A stretch of 64,000 bases of DNA, from positions 35 through 64,034 of the forward strand of contig JAJDYW010000018.1 in the NCBI GenBank assembly GCA_022824925.1, read 5' to 3'. Under the pieces are notes generated by a model. It searched no databases and was not told where the DNA came from. It saw only the letters and a list, made by a program, of their open reading frames with translations. This stretch comes from Dehalococcoidia bacterium (lineage in GTDB: Bacteria > Chloroflexota > Dehalococcoidia > Tepidiformales > Tepidiformaceae). Below, piece after piece: positions 26,902 through 37,324 of this stretch. A program made the position numbers and the translations under genes. Each line of letters starts with the position of its first letter. The first letter of the stretch is position 1.

Positions 26902-27801
26902 TCAGGCCCGTGGATGCGCCTGGTCGTACTGCTCCCGCTTCTGCTGGTCGGTGAGCTGCGTGTAGATCTGGGTCGTGGAGATGCTCGCGTGGCCGAGCGC
27001 CTCCTGCACGTTCCGCAGCGGCATCCCGCCCGAGAGCATGTGCGTGGCGTAGGTGTGCCGCAGAGTGTGGGGCGTGATGCCGTCGAGCCCCGCTTCCCGC
27101 GCGTAGTTCTTCAGGATCAGCCAGAAGCCCTGGCGCGTCAGCCGCCCGCCCCGCCGGTTCACGAACAGCGCGGCCTCGTTCCGGTTCCGCACCATCTTGG
27201 GTCGCACGTGGAAGATGTACTGGCGCAGCTCGTCGACGGCGCGCTGGTAGAGCGGCAGCGCCCGCTCCTGGTCGCCCTTCCCGATGCCCCGGACCGTCAC
27301 CGGGTCGCTCTCCAGCGCCACATGGGCGACATCGAGCGAGACCAGTTCGGTCACGCGCATGCCCGTCCCGTAGGCCAGCTCCAGCATCGCCTTGTCGCGC
27401 TGGGCCACGGGCGTGGTCTTGCGCGCGGGCTGCTCCAGCAGCTCATCGACCTCCTCGGGCGTGAGCGTCCTGGGCAGCGCCTTCCCCACCTGGGGTGAGC
27501 GCAGATCCTCGGTCGGGTCGCAGGTCAGGATGCCCTCAGCCGCCATGAAGCTGAAGAACGACTTCACCGCCGCCACCTTCCGGGCGACCGTCGCCGCCTT
27601 GTAGCGCCGTTCGCGCAGTTCCTCGACGAACGTCAGGAGCATCTCGTCCGTGATGGCCTCCCACGAGCACCCGCCGGCCGCCTGGCGGGCCACGCTTTTC
27701 TCGAACTGGGCGAGGTCGCTGCGGTAGGCCGAGATGGTGTTTTCTGACGCGTTCTTCTCGACGGTCAGGAACGTCAGGAAGTCAGCGATGCGGGTGTCCA
27801 T
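26902..27801 (-). CDS. xerD: tyrosine recombinase XerD-like
   Basis: FLTVEKNASENTISAYRSDL, RDKAMLELAYGTGMRVTELVSL, HTLRHTYATHML, LGHASISTTQIYT. ATG 27801 is preceded by GGAGGGGGG. Confidence 0.8.
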   Translation of the reverse strand: MDTRIADFLTFLTVEKNASENTISAYRSDLAQFEKSVARQAAGGCSWEAITDEMLLTFVEELRERRYKAATVARKVAAVKSFFSFMAAEGILTCDPTEDLRSPQVGKALPRTLTPEEVDELLEQPARKTTPVAQRDKAMLELAYGTGMRVTELVSLDVAHVALESDPVTVRGIGKGDQERALPLYQRAVDELRQYIFHVRPKMVRNRNEAALFVNRRGGRLTRQGFWLILKNYAREAGLDGITPHTLRHTYATHMLSGGMPLRNVQEALGHASISTTQIYTQLTDQQKREQYDQAHPRA

Positions 27802-28027
27802 CCAGAGCCCCCCTCCAGGACAAGGTTGGAACGCACGGCGGGTGTGGGGGGCCAATCGTACGGGGATGCCCTTCCCTTGCGCCACAGGAATTGACCACGT
27901 TCGGATAAAGATTTGACCGTTCGGCCGATGCCGCGTGCGCGCGCGGACAGGTGTCGGGCGGTTGTAACAACCTCGTCATCTTCGCGGCCCTGCAACGGGT
28001 TGACACATGCCCGGAACAGGCTCGGCG

Positions 28028-29245
28028 TTACGCCTTTGCAATGCGCAACCAGCGCCGCTTCCCCACCCGCACGCGCGACCCCACCCGCGCCGGCGCGCGA
28101 CCGTCCCCCACGACCTCCCCATCGACCGACACCGCCCCCTGCTCGAACAGCCGCCGCGCCTCTCGCCGCGAGGGCGCCGCCCCCGCCTCCACGATCACGT
28201 CGATGAGTGCCTGCCCCTCGTGCGCCGGCGCCTCGGGCATCTCCTCCGGCTCCTCGCGCCGCTGCACCGTCCGCTCGAAGTGCGCCTCCGCTGCGGCCGC
28301 GGCCGCTTCGCCGTGCAGCTCCGTCACGATCGTCCGCGCCAGCCGTTTCTTCTCGACCATCGGGTCGCGCTCCCCCGCCGCCAGCCCTTCGATCGTCGCC
28401 GCCACCTCCCCCCGCTCGAGGCTCGTCGCCAGCTCGAAGTAGTTGGCCAGCACGCCGTCCGGGATCGACATCGCCTTGCCGTACTGCTCCTCGGGCGCCT
28501 CGTCCAGCCCGATGAAGTTCCCCGTCGACTTCGACATCCGCATGACGCCGTCGACCCCAACGAGGATCGGCATCGTCACGGGCACGTGCTTCCGTTGCCC
28601 GGCATCCTCCTGCAGCTTCCTGCCGGCCATCAGGTTGAAGAGCTGTTCCGTGCCGCCCACCTGCACGTCGCACTCCAGGGCCAGCGCGTCGTACCCCTGC
28701 ATGAGCGCGTAGAGGAACTCGTGCAGGTACACGGCGTCCCCCCGCCGGTGCCGCTCCCGGAAGTTATCTCGGGTCAACATCTCCGCCACCGTGAACTTCG
28801 AGGTCAACGCGATCAGATCGTTCAGGTCGAGCTTCCCGAGCCACTCCGAGTTGTGCCGCACCACCGTCTTCGATTCGTCGAGGATCTTCGAGGCCTGCGT
28901 GAAGTACGCCGCCTCGTTCGCGCGAATCGTCTCGCTGTCGATCTGCGGCCGGAGCTTGTTCTTGTCGGAGGGATCCCCGATGAGGGCCGTGATGTCCCCG
29001 ATCAGGAACACCGTCTCGTGCCCGAAGTCCTGGAACTGCCGCAGCTTTCGCAGCGGAACGGCGTGCCCCAGCGTCAGCGAGGTCGCCGTGGGGTCGATGC
29101 CCAGGTAGACGCGCAGGGGCCGGTCTTGCTCGAGAAGCTCCCGCAACTCCCCTTCGAACGCTCGCCGCAGCCCCTCGTCCCCGTACTCCACCCCGCTCAT
29201 GAGCACGAAGAGCTGCTCCTCCACCGGGGCCATGCGGCGGCTCAC
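28028..29245 (-). CDS. tyrS: tyrosine--tRNA ligase
   Basis: HIGH-type TLGHAVPL, KMSKS (RMSKSTGNF) and a C-terminal S4-like domain. The start overlaps the ribF stop. Confidence 0.95.
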   Translation of the reverse strand: MSRRMAPVEEQLFVLMSGVEYGDEGLRRAFEGELRELLEQDRPLRVYLGIDPTATSLTLGHAVPLRKLRQFQDFGHETVFLIGDITALIGDPSDKNKLRPQIDSETIRANEAAYFTQASKILDESKTVVRHNSEWLGKLDLNDLIALTSKFTVAEMLTRDNFRERHRRGDAVYLHEFLYALMQGYDALALECDVQVGGTEQLFNLMAGRKLQEDAGQRKHVPVTMPILVGVDGVMRMSKSTGNFIGLDEAPEEQYGKAMSIPDGVLANYFELATSLERGEVAATIEGLAAGERDPMVEKKRLARTIVTELHGEAAAAAAEAHFERTVQRREEPEEMPEAPAHEGQALIDVIVEAGAAPSRREARRLFEQGAVSVDGEVVGDGRAPARVGSRVRVGKRRWLRIAKA

Positions 29246-30180
29246 GAGAGCAACTCCCGCACATGCCGCACATCCCTGGCGATCTGCGCGCGCAGTTCCT
29301 CCGGCCCCGAGAACGCCTGCTCCGGCCGCACCCGGTCCACGATCGCGATCTCCATCCGTTCGTCGTACAGGTCGCCCTCGAAGTCGAGCACATGGGTCTC
29401 GATCGAGATGTGCCCCTCGTCGAAGGTCGGCCGCCGCCCGATGTTCGTCGCCCCCGGGAGCTCCCGCCCCGCCACCCTCGCCCGCGTGGCGTAGACCCCC
29501 AGCGCCGGCAGCGCGCGGTCGGCCGCCACCGAGAGGTTGGCCGTCGGGAACCCGATCGTGCGCCCCCGCTCGAAGCCGCGGACGACCGGCCCCGAGAGCG
29601 TGTAGTGGCGCCCCAGCAGCTCCGTCACCCGCCGCATGTCGCCCTCTCCCAGCGCCCGCCGCACCAACGTCGAGCTGTAGCGCTCATCGCCCGCCAGCAG
29701 CGGCTCGACCCGGACGACGTCGAATCCAAGCTCCTCGCCCGTGCGGAGCATCCGCTCGGGCGTGTCCGCCGGCGCGCCCCGCCCGAAGGCGGCGTCCGGG
29801 CCGAGCACCATCAGCTGCATGTTCAGCACCCGGTGGAACGCCTCCGCAAGCTCCTCCGCGGTCACCTCCGAGAGCTCCGACGTGAACGTCAGCGGCAGCA
29901 CCCAGGACACGCCCGCCTCCCGGATCAGCTGCAGCCGCTCCTCCAGCGAGGTCAGGTAGCTCGGCGTGATGTCGGGTCGCAGGACCGTGATCGGGTGCGG
30001 GTGCAGCGTGACCACCCCCGGCGCGAGCCCGCGCGCCTCCGCCTCCTCCCGCAACCGCGCAAGGAGGCCCTGGTGCCCGCGGTGGACCCCGTCGAACACG
30101 CCCATCACGAGCGCACTCCCCCCCGCGGGGGCGGCCGCCTCGAGCTGGGCCAGCGTCAGCGATGGCAGCGAGATGGTCAT
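29242..30180 (-). CDS. ribF: bifunctional riboflavin kinase / FMN adenylyltransferase
   Basis: VMGVFDGVHRGHQ, GFPTANL, and the riboflavin kinase C-terminus (HVLDFEGDLY). ATG 30180 is preferred. GTG 30222 is an alternative start. Confidence 0.9.
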   Translation of the reverse strand: MTISLPSLTLAQLEAAAPAGGSALVMGVFDGVHRGHQGLLARLREEAEARGLAPGVVTLHPHPITVLRPDITPSYLTSLEERLQLIREAGVSWVLPLTFTSELSEVTAEELAEAFHRVLNMQLMVLGPDAAFGRGAPADTPERMLRTGEELGFDVVRVEPLLAGDERYSSTLVRRALGEGDMRRVTELLGRHYTLSGPVVRGFERGRTIGFPTANLSVAADRALPALGVYATRARVAGRELPGATNIGRRPTFDEGHISIETHVLDFEGDLYDERMEIAIVDRVRPEQAFSGPEELRAQIARDVRHVRELLS

Positions 30181-30242
30181 GACGTTCGGGCGGGCGGTGC
30201 GGTCGCTCCCCCCTCTCCCCACTCTCGCACGATGCCGCCAGC

Positions 30243-30248
30243 TACACT
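30243..30248 (+). promoter_or_regulatory. -10-like TACACT, 6 nt upstream of ATG 30255 (leaderless-type)
   Basis: Read directly in the ribF / vanZ-like divergent spacer. Confidence 0.3.
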
Positions 30249-30254
30249 AGCCAC

Positions 30255-30641
30255 ATGCGCCTCCGGCTGCTGCTGGCGCTCCTCTGGCTCGCGGTCATGG
30301 TCGCGCTCGCGAGCACGCCCAGCCCCGAAGATCCCTCAAGCGGGCCCCTGGCGAACGCCGTCCATGCGATCCAGCACTGCGTCTTCGTGATCATCCTGCT
30401 CAGTGTCGCCCGAGCCGCCCTTCCGCGCCTTCCCGCGACCGTCCTGCTCGCTGTCTCCGCCTCCGTTGCCATCCTCGTGGGCGCCGGCCAGGAGTGGTAC
30501 CAGTCCCTGCTGCCCCACCGCACCTCCGACCCCACCGACCTCCTCTACGACGCTGCCGGGGTCGCGGGCGGACTGCTGCTCTGGATCGTCGCCGCGGCCC
30601 TCCGCGGTCGCCGCTTTCAGCGCCTGCTGGCGGCGGGCTGA
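30255..30641 (+). CDS. VanZ-like membrane protein
   Basis: 128 aa with 4 hydrophobic helices and the conserved-looking Q-E-W-Y-Q...D..D..YD segment (GQEWYQSLLPHRTSDPTDLLYDAAG). Confidence 0.55.
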   Translation: MRLRLLLALLWLAVMVALASTPSPEDPSSGPLANAVHAIQHCVFVIILLSVARAALPRLPATVLLAVSASVAILVGAGQEWYQSLLPHRTSDPTDLLYDAAGVAGGLLLWIVAAALRGRRFQRLLAAG

Positions 30642-31345
30642 GCCCGCGCCCGCACGCGGATGTCGCCCCACGCTTCCTCCTGCTCCACCTCGCAGGCCCC
30701 GTCCTTGATCAGTTCCAGCAAGGCGATGAACGTCACCACCACCTCGACCCGCGTCGTGCACTCCGCGATGGCCCGCCGGAACGAGAACGATCGTCCCCGC
30801 CCCCGCAGCCGCGCCTGCAACGCCTCGACCCGGTCCGCCAGGCTCACCGTGCTCCGCGTGACCGCTCCCGTCGGCTCCTCCGGCAGCCGTTCCAGCACCT
30901 CGATCATGATCGCGTAGAGCGCGTCCAGCGTGAGGCCCGCGAGCGCGTTGCCGGGGGGCGGGTCGGGGGGCGTGCCCCCGCGGGGATAGGTGCGCCACCC
31001 CGATGCCGCCCGCTCCCCCAGGGCATCCGCCGCTTCCCGGTAGCGCCGGTACTCGAGCAGCAGCGCCACCAGCTCCTCGCCGGGATCCTCTTCCTCCGCC
31101 TCCTCTTCGTCCTCCTCCTGCGGGGGAAGCAGCGCGCGCGACTTGAGCTGCAGCAGCTTCGCCCCGATCGACACGAACTCGGCCAGGGCGGCAGCGTCCA
31201 GGGAGTCGTCCGCGTGCACGGCTTCCAGGTACTGGTCGGCGACGGCGACCAGCGAGACCGTCGTGATGTCGAGGTCCTCGCGCTGGATAAGGGTCAGCAG
31301 AAGGTCGAGGGGGCCCTCGAAGGTGGGGAGCCGGATCTCGGGCAT
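30617..31345 (-). CDS. scpA: segregation and condensation protein A
   Basis: LPTFEGPLDLLLTLIQREDLDITTVSLVAVADQYL. ATG 31345 is preceded by GAGAGG. ATG 31465 is an alternative start. Confidence 0.85.
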   Translation of the reverse strand: MPEIRLPTFEGPLDLLLTLIQREDLDITTVSLVAVADQYLEAVHADDSLDAAALAEFVSIGAKLLQLKSRALLPPQEEDEEEAEEEDPGEELVALLLEYRRYREAADALGERAASGWRTYPRGGTPPDPPPGNALAGLTLDALYAIMIEVLERLPEEPTGAVTRSTVSLADRVEALQARLRGRGRSFSFRRAIAECTTRVEVVVTFIALLELIKDGACEVEQEEAWGDIRVRARAQPAASRR

Positions 31346-31506
31346 GGCCTCTCGCTGGCCGTCCCCCGCCGGGGCGCTTCCGCCGGCCTCGTCCCCCTGC
31401 CCCGGCTCCCCTGGTGTGGGGTCCGTCTGCTCGACGGCAGTGGTTCGACGACCGACAGGTGGCATGTTCTCGCGCTTCGCGCCTTCTGGCAACGCGTGGC
31501 GGCGCC

Positions 31507-31893
31507 TCACGCTTCCGCCGGCGAGGCCTCGTCCGCCAGGTCGGTGCGGAGCCGCCTGGCGTCTCGCAGGTAGATGTGCTTGATGTCCCGGGGCGCCGCA
31601 TCCGTATTCACATGCAGCAGGATGCGCACGCACTTCTCCATTGAGCCGGGCACGTTCATCTCGTGCCCGCAGAGGAGCGGCACGTACTTCCAGCCCTCCA
31701 GCCGCCGTGTCGCCTCCGCCGGGAACTCCGCGTTCAGGTCGGGCGAGGTCGTGAAGTGGCAGGAGGCGATGTCGTCCGCCGCCACGCCGTTCTCCTCGAC
31801 CATCGCCTGCAGCAGCTCGCGCGTCCCCTCCAGGATCGCCTCGCGCTCGTTCTCGTCGACCGTGATCGCTCCGCGGATACCGCGAACCGCCAT
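31507..31893 (-). CDS. aroH: chorismate mutase, AroH class
   Basis: MAVRGIRGAITVDENEREAILEGTRELL...HFTTSPDLNAEFPA...RILLHVNTD. Confidence 0.85.
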   Translation of the reverse strand: MAVRGIRGAITVDENEREAILEGTRELLQAMVEENGVAADDIASCHFTTSPDLNAEFPAEATRRLEGWKYVPLLCGHEMNVPGSMEKCVRILLHVNTDAAPRDIKHIYLRDARRLRTDLADEASPAEA

Positions 31894-31922
31894 GGACAGC
31901 CACTCCCCCGGGGACGTTCGGT

Positions 31923-32726
31923 CTACACGCCGTTCCCGCTGCGCCCCGTCACTCGCTCGACGTACGAGCGCACGCGATCCACGCAGCCTTCGACGCTCCC
32001 CCCCTCGATGGCCGCGATGATAGCAGAGCCCACCACCACGCCCTCCGCCACGCGCCCCACCATCGCGACCTGCTCCTCCGTCGAAACCCCGAACCCGACG
32101 GCGATCGGCAGTTCCGTATGCCGCCGGATGGTCGCGACCAGGTCGCCGACTTCCGGCGGCACCGCCGCCCCGCCCGTCGTCCCCGTGACGCTCACGCAAT
32201 AGATGAACGAGTCCGCGGCGGCGGCGACCTCCCCCATCCGCTCCGCAGCGGTCGTCGGCGCGATCAACGGCACGAAGCTCACGCCGTGCTCGGCGCACGC
32301 CCTGCGGAACGTCCCCGCCTCGTCGGCCGGCAGGTCGACCACGATGAACCCGTCCGCCCCCGCCGCCGCTGCGTCCGCCGCCGCCCGCTCCTCGCCGTAC
32401 GCCAGCAACGGGTTGTCGTACCCCATCAGGACGAGTGGAACCGTCAGGCCCCGCGCCCGCGCCTCCCGCACCATCCCGAGGCAATCCGCGAAGGTCACGC
32501 CCGCCGCCACCGCCACCTCGTTCGCGCGCTGGATCGTGGCCCCGTCCGCCAGCGGGTCGGTGAACGGCACGCCGAGCTCGATCACGTCCGCTCCCCCTGC
32601 TTCCAGCTCCAGCAGCATTGGCGCCGTCAGCGAAGGCTCAGGGTAGCCGGCCATGACGTACGCCACGAAGGCCGCCCGCCCTTCCCCTTTCGCCTGCGCG
32701 AATCGCGCCCGCAACCGTTCCGACAT
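31923..32726 (-). CDS. trpA: tryptophan synthase alpha chain
   Basis: AGADVIELGVPFTDPLADGATIQ, GFGVSTEEQ. Confidence 0.95.
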   Translation of the reverse strand: MSERLRARFAQAKGEGRAAFVAYVMAGYPEPSLTAPMLLELEAGGADVIELGVPFTDPLADGATIQRANEVAVAAGVTFADCLGMVREARARGLTVPLVLMGYDNPLLAYGEERAAADAAAAGADGFIVVDLPADEAGTFRRACAEHGVSFVPLIAPTTAAERMGEVAAAADSFIYCVSVTGTTGGAAVPPEVGDLVATIRRHTELPIAVGFGVSTEEQVAMVGRVAEGVVVGSAIIAAIEGGSVEGCVDRVRSYVERVTGRSGNGV

Positions 32727-32729
32727 TCC

Positions 32730-33512
32730 CTACGCCTCCGTCGCCACCAGGAGGGAGAAGCTGATCGCGTTGAACAGCACGTGGAAGGCCACGCTCTCCC
32801 AGAGATTGCCGCGCCGCCAGAACAGCCACGCGAGCGTTACGCCGATGATAAAGAACGGAATGAGGCTCCCCGGATCCAGGTGCACCCCGCTGAAGGTCAA
32901 CCCCGAGATCACCGCTGCCGGCCAGAACCCCCACCGCTGCAGCCCCCCGAAGACGAGCCCCCGGTAGAACACCTCCTCCGCTACCGGCGCCACCGCCACC
33001 ACCGCCACCCCCGTCAGGATCAGCGACAGCCGTTCGCGCACGATCTCCGTTGGCACGGTGCTCTCGGGCTGCAGCGCCTCGATGTCGAGCGCCGTCACGA
33101 TCGCCGCGTAGGCGATCACCATCAGGTAGGCGCCCAGCACTGCCAGCGCCGGTCGCCACAGCCCCCGCGCGCTGAACCCCGTCAGGCCCAGCCGCCGCCG
33201 GAGCGCCCCGGTGTCGTGCCGCGTGACCACCGCCACCACCCCGACAAGCAGGACGTTGAGCGCGATCGTCGTCGCCAGCCCCAGCGCGATCGTCGTCTGG
33301 TCCGCCCGGATCGTGGGTGGGTCGGGGAGCTCCTCGCCGGTGACCGCGGCCGCCAACCGCTCCCTCGCGAACTCCGCGATCGCTCCCGCCTGCTCGAATG
33401 CGTCCCCCGCGTCCCGTGACTGGAACTCCGCCCCCGAGACCTCCACCAGCCCCACCAGGAGCAGGTTCATCAGGAGGACGACCACCGCCCCCGCCAGCAG
33501 CCCGAACAGCAC
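32730..33512 (-). CDS. CPBP-family intramembrane glutamic endopeptidase
   Basis: Polytopic protein with APVAEEVFYRGLVF and ESVAFHVLFN motifs. Confidence 0.75.
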   Translation of the reverse strand: MLFGLLAGAVVVLLMNLLLVGLVEVSGAEFQSRDAGDAFEQAGAIAEFARERLAAAVTGEELPDPPTIRADQTTIALGLATTIALNVLLVGVVAVVTRHDTGALRRRLGLTGFSARGLWRPALAVLGAYLMVIAYAAIVTALDIEALQPESTVPTEIVRERLSLILTGVAVVAVAPVAEEVFYRGLVFGGLQRWGFWPAAVISGLTFSGVHLDPGSLIPFFIIGVTLAWLFWRRGNLWESVAFHVLFNAISFSLLVATEA

Positions 33513-33577
33513 ATGCCTCGGGCCCCAGGGGAGAGCCCCGCGCCGCCCCCCGAGGGGCTCCGGCGGCGCCTGCGCGC

Positions 33578-34777
33578 TCAGAGCGTGACGCCCAGCGCCC
33601 CGGCGACCGTATGCATGTCCTTGTCGCCGCGGCCGCTCAGACCGATCAGCACGTCGCCGCCCTCGCCCAGCTCCCCCGCCAGGCGGATCGCCGGCAGGAT
33701 CGCGTGCGAGGGCTCCAGCGCGGGGATGATCCCCTCGCTCCGCGTGAGCCGCTGGAACCCCTCCAGCGCCTCCGCGTCGTCGGCCGCTATGTATTCCGCC
33801 CGCTCAGTCGTCTTCAGCCACGAGTGCTCCGGACCCACGCCCGGGTAGTCGAGCCCCGCCGAGATGCTGTGCGTCTCGAGGATCTGGCCCGCCTCGTCCT
33901 GCAGCAGGTAGGTCCGCGTCCCGTGCAGGACCCCCGGGCTGCCCGCGACGAGGGTGGCTGCGTTCCGGCCCGGCGCGGCCAGCCCCTCGCCCGCCGCCTC
34001 CACGCCCACCAGCCGCACGGGGTCGTCGATAAAGGGGTGGAACAGCCCGATGGCGTTGCTCCCCCCGCCCACGCAGGCGACCGCCACGTCGGGCAGGCGG
34101 CCCGCCTGCTCCAGCATCTGCGCGCGCGCCTCCTGCCCGATGACCGCCTGGAAGTCGCGCACCATCGTCGGGAACGGGTGCGGCCCGATGGCCGAGCCGA
34201 TCAGGTAGTGCGTCGTGCGCACGTTCGTCACCCAGTCCCGCATCGCCTCGTTGATGGCGTCCTTGAGCGTGCGGCTGCCCGAGTCCACCGGCACGACCTC
34301 CGCCCCCAGCATCTTCATGCGGAACACGTTCAGCGACTGGCGCTGGATGTCCTCCGTCCCCATGTAGACGACGCACTCGAGGTTCAGCTTCGCGCACACC
34401 GTCGCCGTCGCCACGCCGTGCTGCCCCGCGCCCGTCTCCGCGATGATGCGGGGCTTCCCCAGCCGCTTCGCCAGCAGCGCCTGCCCGAGCGCGTTATTGA
34501 TCTTGTGGGCGCCCGTGTGCGCCAGGTCTTCCCGCTTCAGCCAGATTCGAGCCCCGCCCACCTCCGACGTCAGCCGCTCGGCCAGGTACAGCGGCGTGGG
34601 CCGCCCCGCGTAGTGCCGCTGCAGGTCGGCCAGCTCCAGCTGGAAGGCGGGATCGCGCCGTGCCGTCTCGTATGCCTCCTCGAGCTCCTCGTGCGCCGCC
34701 ACCAGCACCTCGGGGATGTAGCGCCCGCCGAACTCGCCGAACCGCGGGGAGAGGTCGCTCCCTGTCTCCGTGCTCAT
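33578..34777 (-). CDS. trpB: tryptophan synthase beta chain
   Basis: [38 protein letters not shown] 34777 is aa 205 of the track ORF. Confidence 0.95.
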   Translation of the reverse strand: MSTETGSDLSPRFGEFGGRYIPEVLVAAHEELEEAYETARRDPAFQLELADLQRHYAGRPTPLYLAERLTSEVGGARIWLKREDLAHTGAHKINNALGQALLAKRLGKPRIIAETGAGQHGVATATVCAKLNLECVVYMGTEDIQRQSLNVFRMKMLGAEVVPVDSGSRTLKDAINEAMRDWVTNVRTTHYLIGSAIGPHPFPTMVRDFQAVIGQEARAQMLEQAGRLPDVAVACVGGGSNAIGLFHPFIDDPVRLVGVEAAGEGLAAPGRNAATLVAGSPGVLHGTRTYLLQDEAGQILETHSISAGLDYPGVGPEHSWLKTTERAEYIAADDAEALEGFQRLTRSEGIIPALEPSHAILPAIRLAGELGEGGDVLIGLSGRGDKDMHTVAGALGVTL

Positions 34778-35511
34778 CGTCCTGTTCCCTTCGCGGCGCG
34801 GATGAACGCGCGCACCTTCTCGATGTCCTTGACGCCGTCCGTCTCGACCCCGCTGGAGACATCGACCGCCCACGGGTCGACCGCCTCCACCGCGTCCGCC
34901 ACGTTCCCGGGCGAGAGCCCCCCCGCCAGCATCAACGGCAGCCGCCCCGCGACCTCCGTCGCCACGGCCCAGTCGAACGTCTCGCCCGTGCCGCCACGCG
35001 CCGACGCCGACCCCGTGTCCAGCATGATCCCCGCCGCCGCGCCCGGCCTCGCCGCGTCGATCACGTCGTCGGCCGTCGTGTCGGGGTGAACATGGATCGC
35101 CTTCAGCACGGGCGGCCGCACCTGCCGCACGAACTCCTCGTCCTCGCCGCCCGAGAGCTGGATCAGCTCCAGCCCCGCGGCCTCCGCGATCTCGTTCGCG
35201 TCTTCGACCTCCTGGTCGGCGAACACGCCCACGAGCAGGGGGCGCCAGCGCGCCAGCGCGTCGTCGATCGCCTCGTTCCAGGCCCCGAACCAGCTCGCGC
35301 CCCGCACCTCGCCCCGCCCCGGCCCCTCGATGCGCGCCACGTCCGGGCTGCGCCGCTCCTCCCGCACTGCCTCGATGATGTCGTAGCACTGCTGCGGCGT
35401 GACCTGCCGCCGCGACTCCGCGAACATCAGCCCGATGAAGTCCGCGCCCGCCTTCATCGCCTCGCGCGCCGTCTCCGCGTCGCGCACCCCGCAGATCTTG
35501 ACCCGCGTCAT
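34774..35511 (-). CDS. trpF: phosphoribosylanthranilate isomerase
   Basis: [14 protein letters not shown]...ADFIGLMF...[12 protein letters not shown]. Its stop overlaps the trpB ATG (ATGA). Confidence 0.9.
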   Translation of the reverse strand: MTRVKICGVRDAETAREAMKAGADFIGLMFAESRRQVTPQQCYDIIEAVREERRSPDVARIEGPGRGEVRGASWFGAWNEAIDDALARWRPLLVGVFADQEVEDANEIAEAAGLELIQLSGGEDEEFVRQVRPPVLKAIHVHPDTTADDVIDAARPGAAAGIMLDTGSASARGGTGETFDWAVATEVAGRLPLMLAGGLSPGNVADAVEAVDPWAVDVSSGVETDGVKDIEKVRAFIRAAKGTGR

Positions 35512-36311
35512 CGTCCCCGAAGCTCCGCGATCATGGCCGCCGGGTCCGCCGCCCGCATGAGCGCCTCCCCCACGAGCACCGCCGTCGCCCCCACTCCCTC
35601 GAAGCGCGCCACGTCCTCGCGCGTGTTGATGCCGCTCAGCGCCGCCAGCATTGCCTCCGCGGGCGCGCCCCCCGCCAGCCGGTCGGTCGTCCCCAGGTCG
35701 ACCTCGAAGCTGCGCAGGTCACGGTTGTTGATCCCAACCAGCCTCGCCCCCTCCGCCCCCGCTCGCTCCATCTCCTCCGCGCTGTTCACCTCCACCATCG
35801 CCTCCATCCCCAGCTCCCGCGAGCACCCCAGCAGGCGCGCCAGCGTCTCGTCGTCGAGGCAGGCCACGATCAGGAGGACCGCATCGGCGCCGTGGGCGCG
35901 CGCCTCCAGCAGCTGGTACTCGTCGATGAGGAAGTCCTTGCGCAACAGCCCCGGACGCGCCTCGCCCAGCGCCCCGACCGCCTCCCGCGCCGCCCGCAGG
36001 TCATCCAGCGTCCCCTTGAACCACGTCGGTTCCGTCAGCACGGAGATGCCCGCCGCTCCGCCCTGCGCGTAGCGCAACGCCTGCTCGCCCGCGTCCATCC
36101 CCGGCGCGATGTCGCCCTTGCTCGGCGAAGCCCGCTTGATCTCCGCGATCACCGCCGTCGGCGACTCCGCCAGGCGCGCCACGAAGTCGATCGGCGGTGC
36201 GGCCGCGGTCGCGGCGCGCTGCAGCTCGCCGGCCGTGACCGCGGCCTTCGCCTCGGCCACGTCCTCGCGGCGCTTCGCCACGATCGTCTCGAGGATGCTC
36301 GGCGAGCTCAC
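35508..36311 (-). CDS. trpC: indole-3-glycerol phosphate synthase
   Basis: [42 protein letters not shown] 36311 overlaps the trpD stop. Confidence 0.9.
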   Translation of the reverse strand: MSSPSILETIVAKRREDVAEAKAAVTAGELQRAATAAAPPIDFVARLAESPTAVIAEIKRASPSKGDIAPGMDAGEQALRYAQGGAAGISVLTEPTWFKGTLDDLRAAREAVGALGEARPGLLRKDFLIDEYQLLEARAHGADAVLLIVACLDDETLARLLGCSRELGMEAMVEVNSAEEMERAGAEGARLVGINNRDLRSFEVDLGTTDRLAGGAPAEAMLAALSGINTREDVARFEGVGATAVLVGEALMRAADPAAMIAELRGR

Positions 36312-37324
36312 GCGACCTCCTGTGTCAGCCTCACGTACGACTCCGCCACCTCCCGCGCCCGCCCCGACGCGATCGACTCCCGCGCGAGCGCCGCCCCCTC
36401 CGCGAAACCGTCCGCCAGCCCCGCCGCCCAGCACCCCGCCCCCGCGTTCAGCACGACGAAGTCCGCGACCGGGCCACCCTCCCCCGCCAGCACCGCCCGC
36501 AGCGTCTCCGCGTTCTCCTCCGCCGATCCCCCCGCCACCGCGTCGAGCGTCCCCGCCTCGACCCCGAACGTGTCCGGCGTCAGCTCCTCCTCGCGCAGCT
36601 CGCCCCCTTCGAGGATCCAGGCGTGCGTGGGCGCCTCGGGACTGATCTCGTCGAGCCCGTCCGCCGAGTGCACGACCACCGCCCGTTCGAGCCCGCGGAT
36701 GCGGAAGGCCTCCGCGATCAGCGGCCCCAGCCGCGGCGACCCCACGCCCGTGAGCTGCGCCCGCGGCCCCGCCGGGTTCGAGATCGGCCCCAGCACGTTG
36801 AACATCGTGCGCGTGCCCAGCTCCCGCCGCGGGCCGCCCACGTGCCGCATCGCCGGGTGGAAGCGCTGCGCGAACAGGAACCCGAAGCTGCACCCCTCGA
36901 TCACCTTCGCCACCGCTTCGCCCCCGATGTCGATGCGCGCCCCCAGCGCCTCCAGCAGGTCCGCCGACCCGCACTTCGAGGAGGCCGCGCGATTCCCGTG
37001 CTTGGCCACGCGCGCTCCCGCCCCCGCCACCACGAACCCCGCTGCCGTCGACACGTTGAACGTATCCGCCCCATCCCCGCCGGTGCCACACAGGTCGACC
37101 ACGTTCCCCGCCGCGATCGGCTCCGCGTGCTGTTCCATCACCGCCCAGCAGGCGGCCACGACCGCAGGCGTCTCGCCGTACTGCCGCATCCCCGCCAGGA
37201 ACGCCCCGATCTGCGCCGGGGTCGCCTCCCCCGACATGATCGTCTCGAGCGCCGCCGCTGCCGCCGCCGGCTCGATGCCGCCCCGGTCGAGCAGCGCCCC
37301 GATCGCCTCCTGGATTGCCGTCAT
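36308..37324 (-). CDS. trpD: anthranilate phosphoribosyltransferase
   Basis: DLCGTGGDGADTFNVSTAA, KHGNRAASSKCGSADLLEALG. ATG 37324 overlaps the trpG stop (ATGA). Confidence 0.95.
   Translation of the reverse strand: MTAIQEAIGALLDRGGIEPAAAAAALETIMSGEATPAQIGAFLAGMRQYGETPAVVAACWAVMEQHAEPIAAGNVVDLCGTGGDGADTFNVSTAAGFVVAGAGARVAKHGNRAASSKCGSADLLEALGARIDIGGEAVAKVIEGCSFGFLFAQRFHPAMRHVGGPRRELGTRTMFNVLGPISNPAGPRAQLTGVGSPRLGPLIAEAFRIRGLERAVVVHSADGLDEISPEAPTHAWILEGGELREEELTPDTFGVEAGTLDAVAGGSAEENAETLRAVLAGEGGPVADFVVLNAGAGCWAAGLADGFAEGAALARESIASGRAREVAESYVRLTQEVA

Noticed and set aside
26902-27801. Tyrosine recombinase as a mobile-element integrase
   Set aside because: The sequence matches the XerD pattern (RDKAMLE..., HPRA C-terminus) and the neighbours are housekeeping genes. 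No att-like repeats were seen.
31346-31903. Upstream 186 codons of the 428-aa ORF containing scpA
   Set aside because: It overlaps aroH in another frame and is Arg/Gly-rich. ScpA homology begins at MPEIRLPTFEGPLDLL.
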